Shown here piece by piece: positions 10,501 through 22,500 of a stretch of DNA of 64,000 nt. The translations under genes were made by a program, and so were the position numbers. Position 1 is the stretch's first letter, and each line of letters begins with the position of its first letter. Source of the stretch: Lama guanicoe (taxonomy: Eukaryota); NCBI GenBank assembly GCA_013239625.1, contig MU054220.1, positions 2,541,374-2,605,373 of the forward strand. Reading direction: 5' to 3'. The notes below the pieces were generated by a model. That model made no database searches. It was not told the origin of the DNA and saw only the letters and a program-made list of their open reading frames with translations.

Positions 10501-13500
10501 CACAGTCTGGGAGCCGGAGGAGAACTCAGGGAGACAAGGCACAAGGGAGCCCAGCACCAGAACAAAGCATAAGGCTGCCACCTGGTAGTGGAGGGAGAGT
10601 GGGGTCAGATCTGGGTGGGGAGGGGCTGCAACCCTGGCTACCCCCAGTCTTCCTCCCCCTAAACCAATGGCATAGGGGAAAACACTGGTATTTTTCCAGG
10701 AAAGCAGTTCCAGAGCCAACCATCTCCTACATATGGGGTCTCCCCTGTCTCTGGAGAAGGTGGAGGCTGTCAGGCCATCTTGGCCCATTGTAGGGGAGCT
10801 GCACAGGCAGTTCTAGAAGAGGGGGGATTGGCCAGCGTGGTTGTCACCTATAGGGTGGAGGAATCCAGAAAGGAAGAAAGGGGTAGGGGTGGGTGGGGGT
10901 TGAGGCTGGGGCAAGGGAGGGGGGCATATCTTCACACCAGATTCTCAGCAGTATTTCCAGGAAGACTGGCCAGCAGGAGGAGGAGCTAAGAGTCACAAAA
11001 TCCAAACTAACCCCTGCCTCTATGGTGGCTCTGCCTCCTGACAGCTCAAGGACCTGAGGGCCTGGGGAGTCATTAGTTAGGAGGCAACATGCTATACTGC
11101 TCCAGGAAATGTGGAAGAGGGACTAGCAGAGGCCTGAGTCACACCCTGGGCACTTTCTGGGTTTCTAGGGATTTGCTCAGCCTTCTCCTCACCATCCATT
11201 CCAGAGAAAACCAGGTCCATACTTTCCCATATCCTCCCAAGCCCATCAGACCACTGGGCCCTTGGAAGCCGCCTCCTCGTGGGACTTGCCCTGCCATCCT
11301 CAGGCTGGGCTCACCTGAATCACTACACATCCACACCATGTTGGGAAAGTCATGTTCCGGAAGGCTCCATGAGCTTGGTGAAAGAGGCTGGGGTCTGCTG
11401 GAGCCAGTGCACCAGGTACTAGGATGGTTTACCCTGGGGACACTGCCCCCAAAGTTGTCAGTCCCTCAGAACTCTGCCTACTCCCCTAGAAAGTCAGCCT
11501 GGGGAAGACCCGTCCACCTGTGACCCTCTGGTGAGGGAACAGCACCTACCATGAGGCAGGTCCCAGTCTGGGTGGCAGCCATCTTGTAAGGTCTGGAGAT
11601 CTTGTTGGTGACCAGAGTCTGGAGTTTCTGCAGCTGCTGGAGCAGGGTCCTGAGGAGGGCACAGCGGTCACCTGCCAGGTTCTGACCCAGCAGGCATCTC
11701 TGCCTCCTGGAGCTCTCCTGGGGAGGACCTAGGCTGGCTCCAGACTTGGCTTCCATGCCAGGTGCCCATTTCAGTCAAGACAGAAAAGGTCACCTCCTGC
11801 TTGGCTCCTCTGTGATGTGGCTGAGGCACCTGGTGCCTGCCTCATGGTGAAGAGCTGGGTGACCCCATGGGAGCTCAAGGGTGCTCTGCGATGCTTCTGG
11901 CCAAAGTGGGGGTTGGAGGGAGGCCTCACCCACCTGGGCTGGGGTCACTTTCTTTTTCTTATCCTGCACCAGTCATGGCTAAATTGAGCTTCCCTCCTTT
12001 GCATCCACAACACAGTGAGCTGATAAGAAGGGCATGTGTGGCAGCTGTCTGGCACATGGTGAATAGCAATTGTCCAGTAAATGGTATCTACCATTATTGT
12101 GACTTTCGTTGCTGTTTTGGCTTTTATTACAGCACCCGTAACACTTCATTTATTTATGAATTTCCATGTCCGTCTCCTTTGCTAACTGTGGGCCCCCTAA
12201 GGGTGAGGACTGAGTCCCTCCCAGTGAGGAATCCTCTCGGTACCCACAGAAGGTGCTCAGACCCTACTGGGTGAACAGATGTTTAATCATCTCTTTCCTC
12301 TACTTAGCCCGTCGTTGGGGTTGCAGTTCCCAGAATGTACAGCAGGTGGCAAAATAGCTCCAAGAGCTTGGTCCTATTTTGGGCCAGAGAGGCATCTGGG
12401 CCAGAGGTAGAGGGTGAGGGGTGAGGGATGAGGGGTGAGGGCTCCCGCCCCCTCCTTCCCTGAGTCAGGGGCATTCTCCAGGTCAATCAGGGGAGTGGCT
12501 GGATCCCGCTGGAGAAGCTAGGGGAGAAGGAAGGAAAGAAGGAAAAAGCCTTCTGTTGAGCACCTGCTACATACCAGCTGTTGTTATTTTAATTAACCCC
12601 AGCAAATAATTGTTAAAAACCTACTGTGGGCTCAGGGCTGGTCACTATCAAGAATTCAGAATAATAATAAGACAAGAAGAAGAAAAGCTAACATGACTGG
12701 AGCATTCTCAAATGCCAAGGGCAGTCAGTGTAGGCCCTTCACTTGTGAGGTCTCATCGCATCCTCATGTGAATCCTCTGAGACACGGCTTCTATCACCTC
12801 CATTTAGACAGAGAAACTGGGGCCCAGAGAGGTGTAAACAGTTTTCACCCGATCACAAAAAAGGCACCCAGTGTGGTGACTTTATGTGTTTTCTGCATTC
12901 CATGTCCTGTGCGGGCTCCTTACTAATATTTCTCAAACTTTATTGTGTACGCAAATCACCAGAGGATCTTGTTGAAATGCAGATTCTGATTCAGCAAGTC
13001 TGGGGAAAGTCCCGAGATTCCACGTTTCAAACAGGCCCCCAGATAATGCTGTTGCTGCCAGTCTGAGAAACTCACTTTGGGTAGCAAGCATGTCCATTGG
13101 TGGTTCTAACCTCAGGGGGAATCAGAATCACCCAGAGGGCTTATTAAAACACAGATCATTGAGCCTGCCCCCTGGAGTTCCTGATTCAATGGGCCCGGCA
13201 TGAGGCCTGAGAATACGCATTTCTAACAAATTCCCAGGGGCTGCTGCTGCTGCCGGTCTGTATCATCTCATTTAAGCATCTCACCATCCTTGTCTGGGGT
13301 ATAGAGTTATGTGCGGATAAAGAAAGGTGGGAAACTGAGGGTCCCAGGCTGCAGAATCCCTGTTTCTGGGGTTCCATCATCCTGAACTCAGTGACCTCTC
13401 CTCTTTCCTGTTTCCCAGAGCTAAGACAGAGCCAGGCACTGGCTACAGAAGGGCAGGGGGCCAGGGTGGAGGGGTGGGGGACACAGGGGGCCAGGGCAGG

Positions 13501-16500
13501 GGGGGGTGGGGGATGCAGGTGGCACCACCTACCTGTTGGCATTCTCCAGGGTTTCCACCTTCTTCCACAGTTCATTGTTCTCCGATGTAAATGTCTCCAC
13601 TCTGTGGGGGCCAAGCAGGCACAGGCTCAGAGGCAGGGCCTAGACTCACTGCTGCCTCCTCCACCCTGCGCACCAGCATCCCACTCCCTGTGCCTCCGCC
13701 CCTGGTGCCCTGTGAGAGGGTACTGGAGTGAGCAGGCCTGGCTGAGGACTGGGACCCAGTCCCCCCACCCCCCAGGTTCCCCAACCGCCAGGCTCCTTAC
13801 TTCTTTTCTAGACACTCCACGTACTCCTTCTTCTTACGGCGGCTCTCCTGGGCTGAGATCTAGAGAGGGAAGCCCCCATATGGGAGTTATCAAGCCACAT
13901 ATCCACTTCCTGGGGCTCCCTGATTTCAAGGCTGGCATCACCTAGGGAGCAGAGGCCCCCTGCCCACCAAAGAAGCCTAAGGGCAGGGCCAGGGTCTGCC
14001 TCATGCTTTACCTTGTTCTTGATTTTTCTCCGGACCCTCTTCAAGGCCTTTTCCTCAGCTTTGGTGAGGGGGAGTTTGGTGGGGATGGGGTAGCCCTCAG
14101 CAATCAGGGTACGCTTCTCCTCCTCCGTCAGGAGCAGCGGCCCTGACGTCCCCTGTAATTTCTGTGGGAAGAGGGGCATGATGGTTAGGGACCAGACAGC
14201 CCTGTGTTCAAATATAACCTCTGCCATTTACTCTTCGGGTGACCTGAGCCAGGCACTCAAATCTCTGAGCCTCAGATTCCTCATCTGGAAAAGGGTGGCT
14301 CTGAATTAAATCCAGTAACATGTGTCAAGTACTTAGGATGTTGCTGACAGCCTGGCATATTAGGCCCTCAGGATACTGTTGGGAGGGGGTGGTCCCTAAA
14401 TCCCATCCTGGAATCTACAGCCTCAAAGCTTAGTCGTCCAAGGCCCCTGAAACAGCAACCCCCAGACCCCTTTAGTCTTGGGAGTTTCCACACCCATCCC
14501 AGTGGATTCTGAGCCTCCTGAACATTGCTCCTCAAACAGTGCTCCTTGAAGCCAGCCTGGGCTGTCCCCTGGAGGTCAGGAATGCCAAGTTCTAGTCCTG
14601 GCTCTGCAGTAGTGTGGGATCAGCAGGCCTCTTGGACTCTACCTGATTTCTGTTCACCCCAGGGCACAATGAAAAGCTTCTCACTCCCATCTGCCAGGAA
14701 GGTATCTCTGACCCCTGATGGGGGTGGGGATCAAGCTTGGGGATCCCCAGACCCTCCCTGCCCTATCATGTGCTGAGGTGGATTTACTCAATTCCATGCT
14801 TCTAGGGTCAGCCCATCCCTAGCTGCTTACGTGAGGGGCGGTGAGGAGGGGGGAGGTGGAGATGGCCGTGGAGGAGCGGGCCATGGGCCGGATAGGGCTG
14901 GAGGGGGGCAGAGAGCGGGGACTCTGCGAGCCGTCACTGTCGCTGCCATGGCTGCTGGGGGGTGTTGGAGGCATCTGTACCAGGTCCTCTGGGGAGAGCA
15001 GGAGAAGCCAGGTTAGCAGGGTTGCAGCACAACTCTGGTCACACATCAGGGTTCAGCACAGTGTGGGCCTAAGGTAGCCCTGACTTCGTGAGGGACGGAC
15101 TGCTGGGGCCTCGACTGCTACAACATCAGAAGGCCCTCTGGTGTGTCAGAAAGACGAGCTGCCATTCTGGAAGACAATTCCTGAGTGCTGCCCCATCTCT
15201 GACACCACAGAGGCCTGGCTCCTTTAAGCCTGGTCCTTGATGGAGATATCACAGAGACTGGATTCTTGGTGTCCCTCTCCCATCCCTGACATCACAGGGC
15301 TCAGGGTCTTTGAGCTTCCAACATGGCAATCCTGGGAGGTGACTGGAGTCTGCCCACAGCGACGCTCATGGGGATCAGGCTGGGCAAGCAGTAGCCTCTG
15401 TCCTTGTCTTTCCACTGCAAAGTGCTTAGGGTGTCCACTTCCAGCTTTAGGGTACCAGGGAGGTAGGCACTGGGCTTTCAGCAGAACTGCCAGGAGCACT
15501 GCTCTCCCCAGTCTCCCCCTCTAAGCTGCCTCTCTGTGGCCACAGCACCAGGAAGATTGACACTCTGCAGGTGGTCAGGAAGAGGCCTGGGCAGAGCCAA
15601 GAGGACCAAGAGCCTTTTTGCAGGGAAGACCCCAGGACGGCGCAGAATGACCAGATAATTCCAGGTGTGGGAATTTGGAGCCTACTGAGCCTCAGAGCAG
15701 GGCTGAGGCTTGAAGGTGGAACCACGGCATCCTTCCGGCTCCGCCCATGGTGGCCTTCTGCAGGAGTCCTCGCTCCCTTCTTTAGCTCTTCTTTGCCTCT
15801 TATGGATGCCATACAGTAAAGATAACTGAACTTGGAATCAGAGAGACCTTGGTTCAAGTCCTGAGTGTTGCACTGCCCAACTGTGTGGCCTATAGTTATG
15901 GTTACTTAACCTCTCTAGGCCTCACTTTGCTGTTGAAAGGGGGTGAAAGGACTCCCTGCACAGAGTAGTGAGGATGCAATGAGCTAATGTGTGTGAACAC
16001 ACTTTATTGAAGGGCACTCCACAACGTAAGGTGTTTCACATTGGTCCCTTTCTACCTCCTGTGAATTCTATCTTCTCTCCAAGGCTGTGAGCAACTTGAA
16101 GGTGAAACTTGGACTTTATTCATCTTTCTAAACCATGTGGTACTTAGTCCAGGCCTGACCCACAGTAGATGCTTAATCAGTATTTGATGAATTAATGAGG
16201 TGAGACTGGAAAGATTAAGCTAGCCCTTTCTCATTCTGGCCAATCCAAGAAGTTTCCTCTGTTCCCTTCTCCCCTGTCAGGTCTGGAGATGTGCTTCTTT
16301 AACCCATAACACTGCTGTATAATTGGTGGTTTGTCTGTGACCCTCACTACTCTGTGATCTACTTGGGCTCAGGGGCTATCTTCTCTCTCTGCTTCCTCAG
16401 TTCCTGGGACTAAGAGATACCCAATGAACTCTAGTTAGATGGATGGAGGAATGAATAGCTGGATGGACAGACAAATAGATGGATGAATGAATAGAGGGAT

Positions 16501-19500
16501 GGATGGATGATTGGATGAACAGATGGATGGGCGGTTGGATGGATGGATGGATGGATGAACAGATGGCTATAGAGTAGGTTTCAATTAGTGAATGATAGGA
16601 GGGGATTAGCAAACAGGGTGAGAAGGTGCTGATAATAGTGATGACAGTTGTAGATTGGATAAGGAGGGGACTGGAGGGATGGAGAACAGACAGGGCAGTG
16701 ATATTCTGGGGAGAGAGTGGGGATGTTGAGGGAGATGGGTGGACTGGACCAAGGGAGGAGGAATGCGATCTTCCCAAGACTGGAGAGGAAGACTCCTTCT
16801 CTGGACACACTTACCTGGTGTCACTTTGAGGAACTGGTTCACCTCCTGGGGCTCTGCTTTGATCACTGGCAGCTGAGTCATCTCTCCCGGGGCCTGAGAA
16901 AGAGACAGGTCCAGCTCCATCAGCTGCCCCTGGGGCTGTCCCCACCATGCCATCTGACCTCCCTCCATCCCTGAGGCTGGGGGTCTGCCCTGCAGCATTA
17001 AGAAAGTATCTGGGCTCAGGGTTCCAGGCACATCCCAGAGCGAGGGAGCAGTTCCTATGCTTAGAGAAGCCAAGTCAGATCTACGAGAATGGTGGCCAAG
17101 TAGCATAGTGTAGCCCTCAAGCTCAGGGAAGGAGGGCGTCTTGTGGTCTTGAGGCCAGGGCCATCTTTTTTTTTTTTTTTTTTTTACATTTTTTATTGAT
17201 TCATAATCATTTTACAGTGTTGTGTTAAATTCCAGTGTCAGGGCCATCTTTTTGATGGATTATGACCCTACACTTACTCTGAAGGCCACGTAGGCCTCGG
17301 TGGGTGGGTTGCCATGAAGACGAGAGGTCATGTCAGGCAGATTGGAGCTGTTCAATTAATGGTAACAACAGCATAGACAAAGGAGGCTTTCACTGGCTAG
17401 GGGCCCAGAGGAAACTCCCTGAGCAGCTGAAGTTTGAAATGGGTCCTGAAGTATAAATAGGAGTATTCCAGATAAAGGATCCGGCAGGATGTAGGTGAGA
17501 GGAAAGCATTCCAAGCAGAGACACAGAGGCCAGAGAGAGCAGAGGCCAGAGAGAGCCCCACTGGCTCTTATGTGGGTCACATGCTCATTACTGCCACACC
17601 AACTCCTATTTCTGTGCCTTCCACTAAGGGGTCATGACCTCCCTAGGGTGGAAAGTGCGGGCTTCGAGGTCTGGGGGCTGAGTTTGGAATGCAGCTCCGT
17701 TGCTTCTGACAGTGTGTTTGGGGGCAAGTTGCTTAACCCCTCAGGCCTCAGATTCCTTCTCTGAGGCATGTGCCCGACTTTCAGAATCCTGGATGCCGCT
17801 GCCTCATGCCTTCCCTTCCTGCTATGGCAAGGCCTGAGGAGTCTGAGCCAGTCCTGGAGATCGTCCCAAAAGATCTTCCCCACTTGCAGCCAATCCTTAT
17901 TCTTCAGGTCCCAGTGGAGTAGGGAGGGGCTGACTTTATACATTTTGAGCAGGTGAGCCATGTGGCCAGCAGGGGGCAGTGCTAGCCAAACCCTGACTAC
18001 GGATTTTAACATGCCCCTCCTGTAGTAGACTCAGGGATAGGAGCTCCTTAGTGGTAATTCATGCTCCCATTTTACAGAGGAGGAAGCTGAGGAAGAAAGA
18101 GGGGATGAAACATGCCCAGAGCACAAGTAAGAACGGAGCTGGGACACAGGCAGGGCCTCTTCCAGGCACCTGGGTCTGGGCCTTACATCCCCAGAAGGGT
18201 CCTCAGATGTCAGCTTTGGCTCCATAGCCCGAATCCTGTTGTCTATACACTTATGGGATGACGGCTGGCATGACAGTTAAAAATATTAATCTCATGAATA
18301 TAAACAATTGAAATATGGCAGAATTTTTATATTTCCATTTTGGTTTTTCTTCCTTTTTAAAAATCCTGACACTTTGAGAAATTAAGTGATGTGAACCATC
18401 TCCTTCTCTGAAACCCTGGACCGGGCCCCTGATGCCTAGCCCTGCTTAGGTCCCTGAATCTTTCCTCTGCTCACAGTGAGGACCCTAGCTTACTCTGAGG
18501 GTGCTGTGGTTTGAGCCCATTCTAGGATGGTGAAGGGGCGGCCCAAGGAGTGGGCAGAGATCTGGTCTGGGGTCACATTGCTCCCCTTTTATAGAGCCCT
18601 GAGGTGCACGGGGCTTTGGAAGGCTCTTCCCACAGAGACCCATCACCCCTCCTCCCTCCCTTAGCCCCTACAAACAGTCCCCAGGCTCACCTGGTGGGGG
18701 ACGGGCAGCCTGGACAGGGGGCTGAGGCCCAGCAGCGGGGTGGTGGCCATGGCAGCAGCAGCAGCCATGGCCGAGGAGGCAGCCAGAGGGTCCACGGGCA
18801 GCTCCGGGCTCTGCTCCTGCTTCACCATGACGGAGCACAATGTGTGTCCCAGCACCCACGCTCCGTGTTCGACGTCTGGGGAAGGGGGCAGGACCCAGGC
18901 TCAGGGGACTGACCCTCAGAGCAGAGGGCTCAGCCCCACTCCTGGCCCTTGGGAACTACTCTGGACAGGACAATGGAGAGATGCTAGGCACCAGGAGGCA
19001 GACAGAAAAGGGCAGGAGGGCGATGCTTGTGAGGTGGGAGGGCAGAGAAAGCTGGGGCCAGAAGAGGTGGGGACATCTTCATTCAGCAGCTTACAGTGTG
19101 GGCTTGGACAACAGACCTGGACCCCTCCTGAGTGCTGTGTGACTTTAGGCAAGTTGCTAAACCTCTCTGAGCCTTAGCTTCCTCATCTGTAAAAGTACCT
19201 GACAAGAAGTCAATGTTCAATAAATGGCAGCTAGTGTGAATACAATTATTTTTATTCAGTAAACGTGCTGAATGCTGTGCTAGGTGCTAGGGACCTGGTG
19301 AGAGACATGAGCATAGTGCAGTTAGAATGCAAAGGGAAGGGGAAAATGGGGTCAGAGTGGCCAGCAGGGGTGACCCAGCCTTGGAGGCTGGGCTTGGAGA
19401 AGTGACTTTCTCCTGAAGGAATGTCAAAAAAGATCACTCTGCCAGTGTGCGCAGACCAGGCTGGCTACAGGTGAGATGGAAGCAGCAAGACCCACAGGAG

Positions 19501-22500
19501 CTTGTTGAAATTGTCCAGCGAGAGAAGATGAGGCAGGAGCAAAGGCACTGGCAGTGGTGATGTAGAGGAACCAACATACTGGAGACAAATTTAGAGGGAA
19601 GAATCCATGGGACCTGGTGCCTGGGGGCATGTCGGGGGTCAGGGGTGATGCTCAGGTCTCCCAGGGCAGCGTCCACCTCCTGCCCACCTCATGGGTCTCC
19701 TGGCCTCAGCCTGGGCCACAGGGCTGTCAGGGCATCACTGCTTCTCCTGATGGGTGCCTGCCGTCCTCTGCTCCAAGTCAGCCCTGCCTACAGGGGCCCC
19801 GGCACCTGGCTTTGGTGAGCCAGAGGTCTGAGAAGCCAGCGTGCAGGGGAAGGGCTGGAGGGAGTCTAGCCTTGGGGGAATCCCGCTGTGGGTGGGTGAG
19901 GGGTCAGCGGCTCCCTCATCCCACCTCAGAGGCCAAGCCCCACCCTGATGGGAGCCTGAAGGCCCCAGATCTGGGCCACAGGCTGCCCCTGGGCTCCAGG
20001 AACACCCACAATCTTCCCAAATTACAGTGCCAGCCCACTGGCCTCCGGGAAGCTGCCCCCTGCAAGGGATCCACAGACAAATTGCTCTAAAAATAGAGTT
20101 GGGGTGGTGAGGAGCTGCTGGGCTGGGAGGCATTCCATCCCACATGCTGTCCTTCCCCGGGCTGGGGCCTGATGCCTCACCAGGTGACCTCCAGAGGCTT
20201 GGCTGAGGCCAGAGCACGCAGGGAAGCTGAGACCTCCCCAGCTACGAGCCCTGGAGACACTTAAAGCCCCAGGAGGTGTCCTTGCCCTCAAGGGGGTGGG
20301 TGAGGGTGGGGTACAAAGTCCTGTCTCTACCCCTGGGGAATCTCAAAGACTCTCAGAAGCAGCTCACACTTCTTGCACGAAGTCCAATTCTAAACTCTAG
20401 TTGCATAGGAACTTCTGTGTTCCTCCCAGCCATCCTAGGGGGTGGCACTGCTAGTCTGCCCACTTAATAGAGGAGAATACTAAAAAACTCATTCAAGGCC
20501 ATTGTCCTCTGAAGGGAAAGAGGAATAAGAACCCTGTTCATGGTTCTAGCCACTATATTCCTAATAGAACTTTGATATGCACAATGAAAATAGCTGCCTA
20601 TTATTGACAGATGCATTTATAATGGGCTGGGTGCTGAGCTGGGATCTTATGTATATACATTTTTAATCCTTGCCAGAATTCTCAAGATACCTAGTATCTT
20701 CATTCTATAACTGAGGAAGCTGAGGCCCAGAGAGGTGAAGCAACTTGTTCAAGATCACACAGCAGGTAGTGGAGGCAGCAGGATGCGCACCAAAGCCAGT
20801 ACCCCTTTCTGCCCTTTGAGGCTGGCAAATGTGGTGGTGACAAGGGTGTAGGGGCCTCACTGCTCCCAAGTCCATGCCCTGCATTTTATTGTGTGTATGA
20901 CCTAAACAATTCAACTTTCCTGAAGTCTCATTTTCCTTATTGGACAAGTGGGGATTATGATCAAAGTGATTTTGACCTCACCTGTGAGTTATGAGAAATA
21001 AATGAGATAATTAACATGAAGGTACTTTGTAAACTGGAGAGTGTGTTAGAAATGTTTATTGTTACTCCCATTTGTAGATGAAGAAACAAGAGATGTGTCC
21101 ACAATCACCCAGCCCAATATGCTGGAGCCAGCACCACGTGTATCTGAGGAAATGCCCAAAGAGACCATTTCTAGGTGGGGCACAGCCTGGAGTTCCCAAA
21201 TGTTGATCACTTGAGAGGAAAGACCCAAAGGGCAAAGAGCTGGGGGAGAAGAGAGCTTTAGAGAACCTGACCTTTGGGAATGAAGGTTGGGTGCAGGCAT
21301 CTCTCCTAGGTAACATCTCAGAGGACATCACCGTACGAAGAGGTGGTAAGGTTCCAGAGCCTTGGTTCCTTGCCCACATTTATTGTGTAGTCCATCCCCC
21401 TAGCTGTTTCATCTAAGTCTGCTTCTCAGACCTAAGCATGTATCAGAATCACCTGGAAGGCTGGATTCTCCCCACAGGGTTTCTGATCCAGCAGGTCTGT
21501 GCGGGACTTGAGAATCTGCATTTCTAACAAATTCCCAGGTGCTGCTGCTGGTCTGGGAACCACCCTTTGCAGATCACTGACCTAAGACCCTCTGGACAAG
21601 CGCCCATCTGGGTTTGACCTGAGGGAGAACAAAAAGGCAGGGGGCAGCCTCCCCTGAGAGGTGGATGTGGGTAGCTCCTCGGGGTCTGGTGTCCTGGGCC
21701 TTGCCACCCCTTCTTACCTTGGGTGGTGTCCTCCATCTTGATGGGCACGATGGGGCTCTGAGGTGCTGAGTCACCGCTCAGGGAGTAGCTGTGCTCAGCC
21801 TGGATGCCCGGTGTTGGGGAGTCCAGTTCCATGTCCAGTAGAGGGCTCTTCTCGTCCAGCACAGGGTCATCAAAGAAACTGCTGAACAGGTCATTGGAGA
21901 AGTCTTCCATGTTCTCTGTGAAGTGGTCCAGGTGCTCAGGGAAGTGCTAGGGAAGGAGGAGGGGAGAGGAGGGAGTCAGCTTATCCTGGAAAGGGGGTGT
22001 GGATGCTGCTACAGTGGTGCCATCAGCCCTGCCACCACCAACGCCGTCCCTGCAACTTCCCCATTACTCTCCCTGCCATAATTAATACCACCACTGCCAC
22101 CAGCTTCCCCATTGCCCACATCACCATACCAACTGTTATCATTTCCATCATTACTGTTACCCCAGCATTACATCACAGCTACTATCACCTCCACCACCAT
22201 CTCTAGCCTCGCCATCAGTATCCTGCAGAGTGAGCTGTGGATGGTGTGTAAGAATCCAGGCAACAGGACACAGGGCTTTAGTTCTGTCTCTGTGACCTTG
22301 GTCAAATCACTTAGATTGCCCAAGTCTGTTTCTCAGTCCACCTTGTTTCCTTCGTGGGAAGACTAAGCACTAAAAGAATACCTGTATCAATGGCAGCAAG
22401 TTTGCATTCCAAAGGCAGTATCAGTGATTTTCGTATTATCTTTTGCTGGAATGCAAGGTGATGGAATTATCCAGGACTCTGCTCCCCTCACTAGCACAGT

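Noticed and set aside
10066..10788. 240-aa minus-strand ORF
   Set aside because: Only the central part is real coding sequence (exon 10); the rest is intron that happens to stay in frame.
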